From NCBI RefSeq assembly GCF_902652985.1, contig NC_047015.1, positions 1,736,001 to 1,800,000 of the forward strand: DNA of 64,000 nucleotides, read 5' to 3'. Each line of letters starts with the position of its first letter. The stretch's first letter is position 1. The notes beneath the pieces are model-generated. The model saw nothing but the letters and a program-made list of their open reading frames with translations, had not been told where the DNA came from and ran no database searches. Of the stretch, positions 27,850-38,236 are shown piece by piece. The stretch comes from Pecten maximus (lineage: Eukaryota). A program made the position numbers and the translations under genes.

Positions 27850-28959
27850 CGAGGGCTGATTGATATGTTGTGAGCCTCATATTAAAGGACTTGAATTTAG
27901 CTGGACATAAATTATTTTTCATCATAATCGCTTTCAGTATCTATATACTTTTACCAGCGGTGTTTAAGGGTCTCGATGCCACGTTATTGAACTCCTTTTT
28001 TTTGGTTTTTCAGAAAGTCATCCACTTCATGTATGACGTCATTATCGGACTGAAAGTGGGTGCCTGAAATAGCTGTTGTCACTTTTGGAAACAGATACAA
28101 ATGTGAATGGCAGTCATGGCAATGACAGACTTGTGAACAGGAGAATTGTCCTGATGGAATAATACACCTTTAGTGAGCTTTCCGCGGCTCTTAAGTTTAA
28201 TATTTTCCCGTAACTGCCTCAGAAGTGAAGCATAGAATGTGTCATTGATTGTTTGTCCCTTTTGGAGATAATCTATCAACAGAAAACTATTTGCATCCCA
28301 GAAAACCGAGACCATAACCTTTCCAGCTGACGGAGCAGTACCAGTGTGATTTAATTGTTTCTATTGCTGTTTTGCATCTGGGGTAAAATAATGGATCCAT
28401 GTTTCATCCATAGTGACAAATCTCTAAAGAAAGTTGGCAAGAAGAAAGATCCTCGGTCAGAATGGAATGTACTATTTCCTGTGAAATGCTAATTCTACTG
28501 GCTATATATCTTTCTGTGTCTCATCTGGCAGTCATAGCAATATCATGAAATTTATTGGCCATTTCGGGGGTTGCAACATTGACAGGCCTTCCAGGACGGG
28601 GGTTCATCCTCAAGGTTCTGTCGACCGCGCATAAAATCCACCACCAACCTTTTTTCACTGTAGCATATGAAGGGGCATCTTTCCCTAGTGTTGCTACCAT
28701 ATCATTATGGATATCCTTAGGGGTTAAACCTTTTTATGCAAATATTGGATCACTGCTCTTTCACCGAGTTTGTCCATTTTGCAAAAACCGCTTGTCTTGT
28801 TTAATTTCAAGTGCTACCTCGTCGTTATAAACTAACCAAATGAGACCAGTCCTTGAGTACACGGCCCTATATAGTCAGAAAATAGTAGGACTTAAAAAGT
28901 ACACCCTTGAGTACCTCTTACAATACGAGGCTCACAACATATCAATCAATCATCCATCG
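27850..28959 (-). mobile_element. Mariner transposon copy with both TIRs and TA target duplication, internally deleted and frameshifted; intronic
   Basis: TA|CGAGGGCTGATTGATATGTTGTGAGCCTC ... GAGGCTCACAACATATCAATCA..TCG|TA; transposase remnants MVSVFWDA, FHQDNSPVH, DAPSYATVK; same family as 17521-18431. Confidence 0.95.
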
Positions 28960-29080
28960 TAATCTCCGAGAAGCTAACAGTTCAATTTATACAAACGTGG
29001 GCCAAGTGCAACCGTTCCATGTCTTTTTAATACTAGTAAGTAGAAATAGCATGCGATGTTCTGCTCACTCTTATACATAC

Positions 29081-29110
29081 CCTGAGATTACGGTCTCCGA
29101 TGAACTATTG
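29081..29110 (-). CDS. 30-nt micro-exon of the membrane protein gene (N-NSSSETVIS-G)
   Basis: ATTACAG| ... |GTATGT; symmetric phase 2-2, open in the required frame. Confidence 0.7.
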
Positions 29111-29179
29111 CTGTAATGATATATTTAACATAACAATTTATTTCGTTCATTAGTGAAGGCAGAAAGTAACTTTTCTGGC

Positions 29180-32100
29180 TACCCAGTAACCGTCCCCTTG
29201 TTGTATTGTATGTCTGGCTAGTCAGTAACCATCCCCTTGTTGTATGACTGACTAGTCAGTAACCGTCCCCTTGTTGTATGACTGACTAGTCAGTAACCGT
29301 CCCCTTGTTGTATGACTGGCAAGTCAGTAACCATCCCCTTGTTGTATTGTATGACTGACTAGTCAGTAACCGTCCCCTTGTTGTAGTGTATGACTGGCTA
29401 GTCAGTAACCATCCCCTTGTTGTATTGTATGACTGACTAGTCAGTAACCGTCCCTTGTTGTATTGTATGACTGACCAGTCAGTAACCGTCCCCTTGTTGT
29501 ATTGTATGACTGACTAGTCAGTAACCGTCCCCTTGTTGTATTGTATGACTGGCTAGTCAGTAACCGTCCCCTTGATGTATTGTATGACTGGCCAGTCAGT
29601 AACCGTCTCCTTGTTGTATTGTATGACTGACTGGTCAGTAACCATCCCCTTGTTGTATTGTATGACTGACTAGTCAGTAACCGTCCCTTGTTGTATTGTA
29701 TGACTGACTAGTCAGTAACCGTCCCTTGTTGTATTGTATGACTTACTAGTCAGTAGCCGTCCCTTGTTGTATTGTATGACTGACTAGTCAGTAACCATCC
29801 CCTTGTTGTATTGTATGACTGACTAGTCAGTAACCGTCCTCTTGTTGTATGACTGACTAGTCAGTAACCGTCCCCTTGTTGTAGTGTATGACTGACTAGT
29901 CAGTAACCGTCCCTTGTTGTATTGTATGACTGGCTAGTCAGTAACCATCCCCTTGTTGTATTGTATGACTGACTAGTCAGTAACCGTCCCTTGTTGTATT
30001 GTATGACTGGCTAGTCAGTAACCGTCCCCTTGTTGTATTGTATGACTGGCTAGTCTGTAACCGTCCCCTTGTTGTATGACTGACTAGTCAGTAACCGTCC
30101 CCTTGTTGTATGACTGACTAGTCAGTAACCGTCCCCTTGTTGTATGACTGACTAGTCAGTAACCATCCCCTTGTTGTATTGTATGACTGACTAGTCAGTA
30201 ACCGTCCCCTTGTTGTAGTGTATGACTGGCTAGTCAGTAACCATCCCCTTGTTGTATTGTATGACTGACTAGTCAGTAACCGTCCCTTGTTGTATTGTAT
30301 GACTGACCAGTCAGTAACCGTCCCCTTGTTGTATTGTATGACTGACTAGTCAGTAACCGTCCCCTTGTTGTATTGTATGACTGGCTAGTCAGTAACCGTC
30401 CCCTTGTTGTATTGTATGACTGGCCAGTCAGTAACCGTCCCCTTGTTGTATTGTATGACTGACTGGTCAGTAACCATCCCCTTGTTGTATTGTATGACTG
30501 ACTAGTCAGTAACCGTCCCTTGTTGTATTGTATGACTGACTAGTCAGTAACCGTCCCTTGTTGTATTGTATGACTTACTAGTCAGTAGCCGTCCCTTGTT
30601 GTATTGTATGACTGACTAGTCAGTAACCATCCCCTTGTTGTATTGTATGACTGACTAGTCAGTAACCGTCCTCTTGTTGTATGACTGACTAGTCAGTAAC
30701 CGTCCCCTTGTTGTAGTGTATGACTGACTAGTCAGTAACCGTCCCTTGTTGTATTGTATGACTGGCTAGTCAGTAACCATCCCCTTGTTGTATTGTATGA
30801 CTGACTAGTCAGTAACCGTCCCTTGTTGTATTGTATGACTGGCTAGTCAGTAACCGTCCCCTTGTTGTATTGTATGACTGGCTAGTCAGTAACCGTCCCC
30901 TTGTTGTATTGTATGACTGACTAGTCTGTAACCGTCCCCTTGTTGTAGTGTATGACTGACTAGTCAGTAACCGTCCCTTGTTGTATTGTATGACTGACCA
31001 GTCAGTAACCATCCCCTTGTTGTATTGTATGACTGACTAGTCAGTAACCGTCCCCTTGTTGTAGTGTATGACTGGCTAGTCAGTAACCATCCCCTTGTTG
31101 TATTGTATGACTGACTAGTCAGTAACCGTCCCTTGTTGTATTGTATGACTGACCAGTCAGTAACCGTCCCCTTGTTGTATTGTATGACTGACTAGTCAGT
31201 AACCGTCCCCTTGTTGTATTGTATGACTGGCAAGTCAGTAACCGTCCCCTTGATGTATTGTATGACTGGCCAGTCAGTAACCGTCTCCTTGTTGTATTGT
31301 ATGACTGACTGGTCAGTAACCATCCCCTTGTTGTATTGTATGACTGACTAGTCAGTAACCGTCCCTTGTTGTATTGTATGACTGACTAGTCAGTAACCGT
31401 CCCTTGTTGTATTGTATGACTTACTAGTCAGTAGCCGTCCCTTGTTGTATTGTATGACTGACTAGTCAGTAACCATCCCCTTGTTGTATTGTATGACTGA
31501 CTAGTCAGTAACCGTCCTCTTGTTGTATGACTGACTAGTCAGTAACCGTCCCCTTGTTGTAGTGTATGACTGACTAGTCAGTAACCGTCCCTTGTTGTAT
31601 TGTATGACTGGCTAGTCAGTAACCATCCCCTTGTTGTATTGTATGACTGACTAGTCAGTAACCGTCCCTTGTTGTATTGTATGACTGACCAGTCAGTAAC
31701 CGTCCCCTTGTTGTATTGTATGACTGACTAGTCAGTAACCGTCCCCTTGTTGTATTGTATGACTGGCAAGTCAGTAACCGTCCCCTTGTTGTATTGTATG
31801 ACTGGCTAGTCAGTAACAGTCCCTTGTTGTATTGTATGACTGGCCAGTCAGTAACCGTCTCCTTGTTGTATTGTATGACTGACTGGTCAGTAACCATCCC
31901 CTTGTTGTATTGTATGACTGACTAGTCAGTAACCGTCCCTTGTTGTATTGTATGACTGACTAGTCAGTAACCGTCCCTTGTTGTATTGTATGACTTACTA
32001 GTCAGTAGCCGTCCCTTGTTGTATTGTATGACTGACTAGTCAGTAACCATCCCCTTGTTGTATTGTATGACTGACTAGTCAGTAACCGTCCTCTTGTTGT

Positions 32101-32475
32101 ATGACTGACTAGTCAGTAACCGTCCCCTTGTTGTATTGTATGACTGGCTAGTCAGTAACCGTCCACTTGTTGTATTGTATGACTGGCCAGTCAGTAACCA
32201 TCCCCTTGTTGTATTGTATGACTGGCCAGTCAGTAACCGTCCCCTTGTTGTATTGTATGACCGACCAGTCAGTAACCGTCCCCTTGTTGTATTGTATGAC
32301 TGACCAGTCAGTAACCATCCCCTTGTTGTATGACTGACTAGTCAGTAACCGTCCCCTTGTTGTATTGTATGACTGGCTAGTCAGTAACCGTCCCTTGTTG
32401 TATTGTATGACTGGCTAGTCAGTAACCGTCCCTTGATGTATTGTATGACTGGCTCGGCAGTAACCGTCCCCTTGT
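29180..32475. repeat. 39-bp intronic minisatellite (AGTCAGTAACCGTCCCCTTGTTGTATTGTATGACTGACT)n with higher-order repeats
   Basis: About 85 copies; the junction forms the perfect palindrome ACTGACTAGTCAGT; the GTAGCC variant recurs at ~29755, 30587, 31433 and 32007. Confidence 0.97.
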
Positions 32476-32534
32476 GATATTACGTATTTCCTTTGGCAAT
32501 ATTTTTTGATTTGTTGTAGTATCTGGTGATTGTT

Positions 32535-32958
32535 CAATCTAATTTAAATCTAGATGGTCATTCTCACTACGTTACATGAACATCTAACAACATCCCATAA
32601 GAGGTCACGTTCTGGTGACCTTTGAGATGTGTGCATTTCACTTTCAGGGCGAATTGTCCATTTGCCGATGTCATCGAGGCAAACCATTTCGTTACAGCAT
32701 GCGTCTGAAGAAATACCATTTCGGTACAGCATGTACTATATATTTTGTGGGACGAAATGACTTGAAATAAATTGACATATTATGCAAGTTATGAACATTA
32801 GTCGTGCTAATTCGGACATAATAATTCACTTCCAAGATTCTGGAAGTAGTCATTTGATTGGCTAATCCAAAAGGTCACCCTGACGTGACCCCTATTGGGA
32901 TGTTGTTAGATGTTCATATAACGTAGTGAGAATGACCATCTAGAATTTAATTAGATTG
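32535..32958. mobile_element. MITE with ~90-bp TIRs and 9-bp TSD (GTGATTGTT); Mutator-like by TSD length
   Basis: CAATCTAATTTAAATCTAGATGGTCATTCTCACTACG... / ...CGTAGTGAGAATGACCATCTAGAATTTAATTAGATTG; TSD at 32526-32534 and 32959-32967. Confidence 0.9.
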
Positions 32959-33102
32959 GTGATTGTTAAGCATCCCATGGTATTTCACAGTTAATTAAAG
33001 TATAATGTTAAATAGAATAAGCAGAAAGATTAATCTACACAAACCAACTCTTAATCATATCTTTAAAAGAGGCTGTAATTTAGGAATCGTTATGAAATCA
33101 TT

Positions 33103-33492
33103 TAAACATTGAACTGCTTTCATTTGGAAGTTATGGGCTGATGAATGCCAACTGGACAAAGGGAAATTTAATGAAGCGCGCTAGCGCTTCATGTTGAATT
33201 TGCCTTTGTTCAGTTGGCATTAATCAGCCCATAACTTCCAAATGAAAGCAGTTCAATGCTTATATTTACATCTGACAACGAATTTGAAAGACTATATCCA
33301 GGACATTTACTCTGATAATGAATGAACAACTTATTATCGTCAAAGACGGAACAGCCTTTTCAACAGCCATTTTTCGTTATCGCCGACGTGACAATTATGA
33401 CGTCATAATAAAGATTTGGAAGTTATGGACTCATAACTTCCAAGTGAGCTTGGTAAAGTTATATAGTGGGGCTGCAGTGTAAATGTAAATAT
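33103..33492. repeat. Palindromic element: 160-bp near-perfect hairpin plus a second module with nested dyads
   Basis: 33103-33262 arms are reverse complements around ATGAAGCGC-GCTA-GCGCTTCAT; 33416-33443 TTGGAAGTTATG-GACT-CATAACTTCCAA; second module bounded by TATATTTACA...TGTAAATATA. Confidence 0.85.
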
Positions 33493-34164
33493 ATCCTCAT
33501 AAATACATTTATGGCAAAATAAACGCTAGGCGTGATGGAATATTTACATTTTAATAGTTATAGGGCTATATAGGGTATATCAGAGTAGGCCTTGTCCACA
33601 GTCCTGTTTTATGTACAATATTTAGGCTGGATAACCAATATCATTATGATTCCTGACCATGAAAACGCATTTATGTCACTGACGTGGCTGACGTTTTTTT
33701 GTGTCAGATAGTTATTGGGTACGATTACAAACCGTAAGTAGACATGGTTAAGAGTTGGTTTTAAAGGGAACTATATATATATAGAATCACATCGTCACAT
33801 GCATCTTCTGTTTTGTTATATATTATGAAAGCTGTTTAAATAATAATTGGATAAAGGAGATACTATCTTGTAAACATACAACAAAAACACATTTTCTTAA
33901 CAAAGAGAAGAAAATGCATGAAAAAGAGATAAATAATATGTATGACAAGTAGCATTTATTAAATTTGTCAGAGCAGGTGGCAAATCACCATCCTTTACGG
34001 AGTATTGTGTACATTGGAACCTCGTGAATTAAGATCCCGTTAGTACATACATAATAACATGATAAACAGATCCCAACTAACAAGGCTCCAGTGTAAGTTA
34101 ATATTGATTCTGTTAATAAGCTTTAGACCAACAGAAGGGGCAGGACAATGTTCACTCTACATAC

Positions 34165-34753
34165 TTGATGATGATCGTGGAGGGGACTCTAGAAGTGACG
34201 AACTGTCGGTGATACCTAGATTTCCGCTCACGGACTGTGGATCTGCCTGATGTGGTGGAGTCGCTATCTTCAGAGTCGGACACATAAACCACCTGGACTG
34301 GATACTGCTGTCCGAAGAAGTAAGGATAAGCCATTGGTGGATACTGAGCCATGTGAGCCATATACGGATTGGCTCTGGAGTGTGTTCCTCTGGCATGCAT
34401 TCCCCTTGATGGGTTACCTCTCGGATACATCCCTCTGGGATATGTCCCTCTAGAGTACGATGATGTTCCTATAATAATGGGTTGAGGGGGAGGTCCACGA
34501 AAAGTCCCCACCATTGGCACGGGTCCCATATGTGGATGCTGATAAGGCGTCATTCTAACACTGCCTGGAGGATCCCTACGGATATCGTAATGCTGTCTGG
34601 GATTACGAGTAGCTCCATTCATCTTTGACATAGGGATGCCATTTTGTTGTTTTCCGCGGCCTCTTATGCTTGGCATCGCCATTGGCCACAGGCTTAGGCT
34701 CATTTCTCTGTTTCCTATTTGGCTGTGATTGTTGAGATTGTGGGGATTTTCGT
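34165..34753 (-). CDS. Second coding exon of the membrane protein gene (juxtamembrane basic, then Pro/Met/Tyr-rich); contains an apparent +1 frameshift
   Basis: CTTTCAG| at 34754 and |GTATGT at 34164; 589 nt where the flanking phases (2 in, 2 out) require a multiple of 3. Confidence 0.75.
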
Positions 34754-35175
34754 CTGAAAGCATCAGAAAATTGTCACAATACATTATTAGAATTCTACTT
34801 TTTAAGCAATGTTTTATACTGGTAGCTTGTACAACAATATAAATGATCATGTCCCAAGCTAATATAGGGACTGCTGTATGACTATTATCATAATATTAAG
34901 GAGGAAGTGGTAACATGTTTATCCATGTTGCTCAATCACAAAATATACCTTCTTCACAATCTTAATATTGGAACCAAACACCATGCAGGGCATAAAAAAA
35001 GTTTAAATACAGTGTAAATCAATAAATCAATAAGATTAGACATCGTTGTACGAATTAGTGTGTATATATGTTCAGATGTAATTAAATCCCATATCCTTGA
35101 GACATGTGAGCACGAACTGTGTTTAAAATAATCGTTAAAATATGACTTTGATATTGATATAAACTCTGATGTTAC

Positions 35176-35273
35176 CTGATATAACAGACGACGGGAATGA
35201 CAAAGAGGAGTATGATACAGAGGATTCCTGCCAACACCCCGACAACTATTAGTGACGTCAGTTCCACGGCCAT
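35176..35273 (-). CDS. First coding exon: N-terminal transmembrane segment MAVELTSLIVVGVLAGILCIILLFVIPVVCYIR
   Basis: Acceptor TTGCAG| at 35288/35287, AACATGG Kozak context, ~24-residue hydrophobic helix, donor AG|GTAAC; missed by the ORF track (under 60 aa). Confidence 0.8.
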
Positions 35274-35559
35274 GTTATAAGGAGCACCTGCAACTATAAA
35301 TAAACACGGTAAGAACAGATGATGATAACGCTTTTTTATGTAGAAATATTAAATATCATTGAAGACATTGGAAATAAAAAATGCATATTATGTGGCGATT
35401 TTAACATATTTTCGATTCTACTTTAGGCTGTCATAACTATGAAAATATAAATAACCCGAACGCTAGGAATAAGTTTTAGAATTCAAAGAAGAAATTGGAT
35501 TAATAGATACATCTAGAGAATTTAACCCAATACCAAAATATACGCATGGCACAGGAAAA

Positions 35560-36430
35560 GTCCACTAAAACAAGCAAGATTAGACTACATATTGATATCA
35601 GACAGTTTATTACCAAGTCTATCATCATCAACAATTGAACCAGGTTATCGCTCGGATCCTTCTCTTTCTGATGTTATTTAACTTTCGCTGACTTGAAACA
35701 AGGAAATATTATTTGGAAATTCAACAACTCACTATTATTTACAAGGAATATATTACACTCATTAAATTAACGATGGACAACATAAAACTACAAAATGCTG
35801 TTCCACTGTATAACATAATCTCAATAATATTCCTTTAAATATTTTTTTTGTTTATTAATGACCAATTATTCTTAGAAACACTACTGATGGAAATTAGGGG
35901 TAAAACAATTTCGTACTCTAGTCATATTAAGAAAAAATCTAATAAAAGGGAAATAATCTAATAAATCGAATAAAAAAACTTGAATAAACCTGACCTGATA
36001 TCACAGTGTTAAACGACCTGGAAAACCAAAAAGAAACAATTAGAAGAGATAAGAAAACATAAAGTAAAAGGAAGAGAAACCTACTAAATACTTCTGCGGG
36101 CTAGAACCAAAAATCTACACTAGTGAAATAATTCCGAGTCTAAGCAAAGAAGACGGTACAACAATATCGAACCAAAAGAATTTTTTTTAAAAGAAACTGA
36201 AAATTATTACAGAACAAAGAAAACCTATTATTAGAACATTTTAATCTTGGGACCTTACAACATACCCAAATTAACTGCTTATGAATAATTGAATATTGAT
36301 GGCCGAATAACTTTAAATGAATTAACAAATACACTTTCAAAAATGAAAAATTATAAAAGTCCTGGTTCTGATGGGTTCTCAGTTGAATTTTGAAAATATT
36401 TTTGAAACTGGTAAGTTTATTTTAAGATAA
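35560..36430 (+). mobile_element. Degenerate L1/Tx1-type LINE ORF2 fragment (endonuclease end to start of RT)
   Basis: Broken-frame motifs PGYRSD, WKFNNSLL, FLETLLMEIRGKTISYS, EKPTKYFCGLE, KMKNYKSPGSDGFSVEF. Confidence 0.85.
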
Positions 36431-36475
36431 TTGAATTAAAGTTACAGTTTAACGTTCATCGCATACTAGGAATCA

Positions 36476-36730
36476 AACTTTGAGTCACGAAGGCTAGTCC
36501 AACACTTTGAGTCAGGAAGGCTAGTCAAACACTTTGAGTCACGAAGGATAGTCCAACACTTTGAGTCACGAAGGATAGTCCAACACTTTGAGTCACGAAG
36601 GATAGTCAAACACTTTGAGTCACGAAGGATAGTCAAACACTTTGAGTCACGAAGGATAGTCAAACACCTTGAGTCACGAAGGATAGTCCAACACTTTGAG
36701 TCACGAAGGCTAGCTCAACACTTTGAGGCA
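36476..36730. repeat. 27-bp minisatellite (AACACTTTGAGTCACGAAGGATAGTCM)n
   Basis: About 9 copies, each with TGAGTCA. Confidence 0.95.
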
Positions 36731-37198
36731 CTCAATTATACTACCCGAACACGGTCACAAACATTTCGGTAAACACAGCCGTCATCAGTAAATGCAGCTG
36801 GATGTGGGCGTAGCTGTCGTATATATTTCTTATGTTACCGAAGGTTATATGGTGGACAGCAACCCGGAACAGAAGAGCAATGTAAATCCATTGAAAGCAC
36901 TGAGTTTCTATATAATCAATATAGTCTATTAAAGGTATATGTTATAAATGCTATGTAAACTGTTTTCTAGTATCTACCTACATTTGTTTATCCTAACATT
37001 GAATATATCTAATTCAATTCCTTGTTTAAATATAATAATATACAAATGATCATCCTGTTATTAAAACAAGTGACTTTGTTTGCTTTTTGAGTTTCGATTA
37101 TGTAGATTCAATAAATTACTTAATATGACATGATATATAAATACATACCAAATCAGAATATACTAGTAATCTATACTACACCTCCTACTTAAATACAG

Positions 37199-38236
37199 TA
37201 CAGGGAGGCTGATATCCTTATAGACCACGATATACAAACAGGGAGACTATTATCCTTATAGATCACGATATACAAACGGGGAGGCTGATATCCTTATAGA
37301 CCACGATATACAAACAGTGAGACTATTATCCTTATATACCACGATATACAAACAGGGAGGCTGATATCCTTATAGACCACGATATACAAACAGGGAGGCT
37401 GATATCCTTATAGACCACGATATACAAACAGGGAGGCTGATATCCTTATACACCACGATATACAAACAGGGAGGCTGATATCCTTATAGACCACGATATA
37501 CAAACAGTGAGACTGATATCCTTATTGACCACGATATACATATAGTGAGACTATTATCCTTATAGACCACGATATACAAACAGGGGGGCTGATATCCTTA
37601 TAGACCACGATATACAAACAGTGAGACTGGTATCCTTCTGATATCCTTATAGACCACGATATACAAACAGTGAGACTATTATCCTTATAGACCACGATAT
37701 ACAAACAGGGAGGCTGTTATCCTTATAGACCACGATATACAAACGGGGGCTGATATCCTTATAGACCACGATATACAAACAGTGAGACTGATATCCTTAT
37801 ATACCACGATATACAAACAGGGAGCCTGATATCCTTATAGACCACGATATACAAACAGGGAGGCTATTATCCTTATAGACCACGATATACAAACAGGGAG
37901 GCTAGTATCCTTATAGACCAGGATATACAAACAGTGAGACTGATATCCTTATAGACCACGATATACAAACAGGGAGACTGATATCCTTATAGACCACGAT
38001 ATACAAACAGGGAGGCTGTTATCCTTATAGACCACGATATATAAACAGGGAGACTGATATCCTTATAGACCACGATATACTAACAGGGAGGCTGTTATCC
38101 TTATAGACCACGATATACAAACAGGAAGACTGATATCCTTATAGACCACGATATACATACAGGGAGGCTGCTATCCTTATAGACCACGATATACAAACAG
38201 GGAGGCTGTTATCCTTATAGACCACGATATACAAAC
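37199..38236. repeat. 38-bp minisatellite (CAGGGAGGCTGATATCCTTATAGACCACGATATACAAA)n
   Basis: About 27 copies. Confidence 0.96.

Noticed and set aside
33416-33443. loxP-like site (ATAACTTC)
   Set aside because: Only 8 bp match and the arm orientation is opposite to loxP; likely coincidence
34754-34850. N-terminus of ORF 34152..34850 as a real start
   Set aside because: It lies upstream of a good acceptor in AT-rich intron; the TM exon supplies the start
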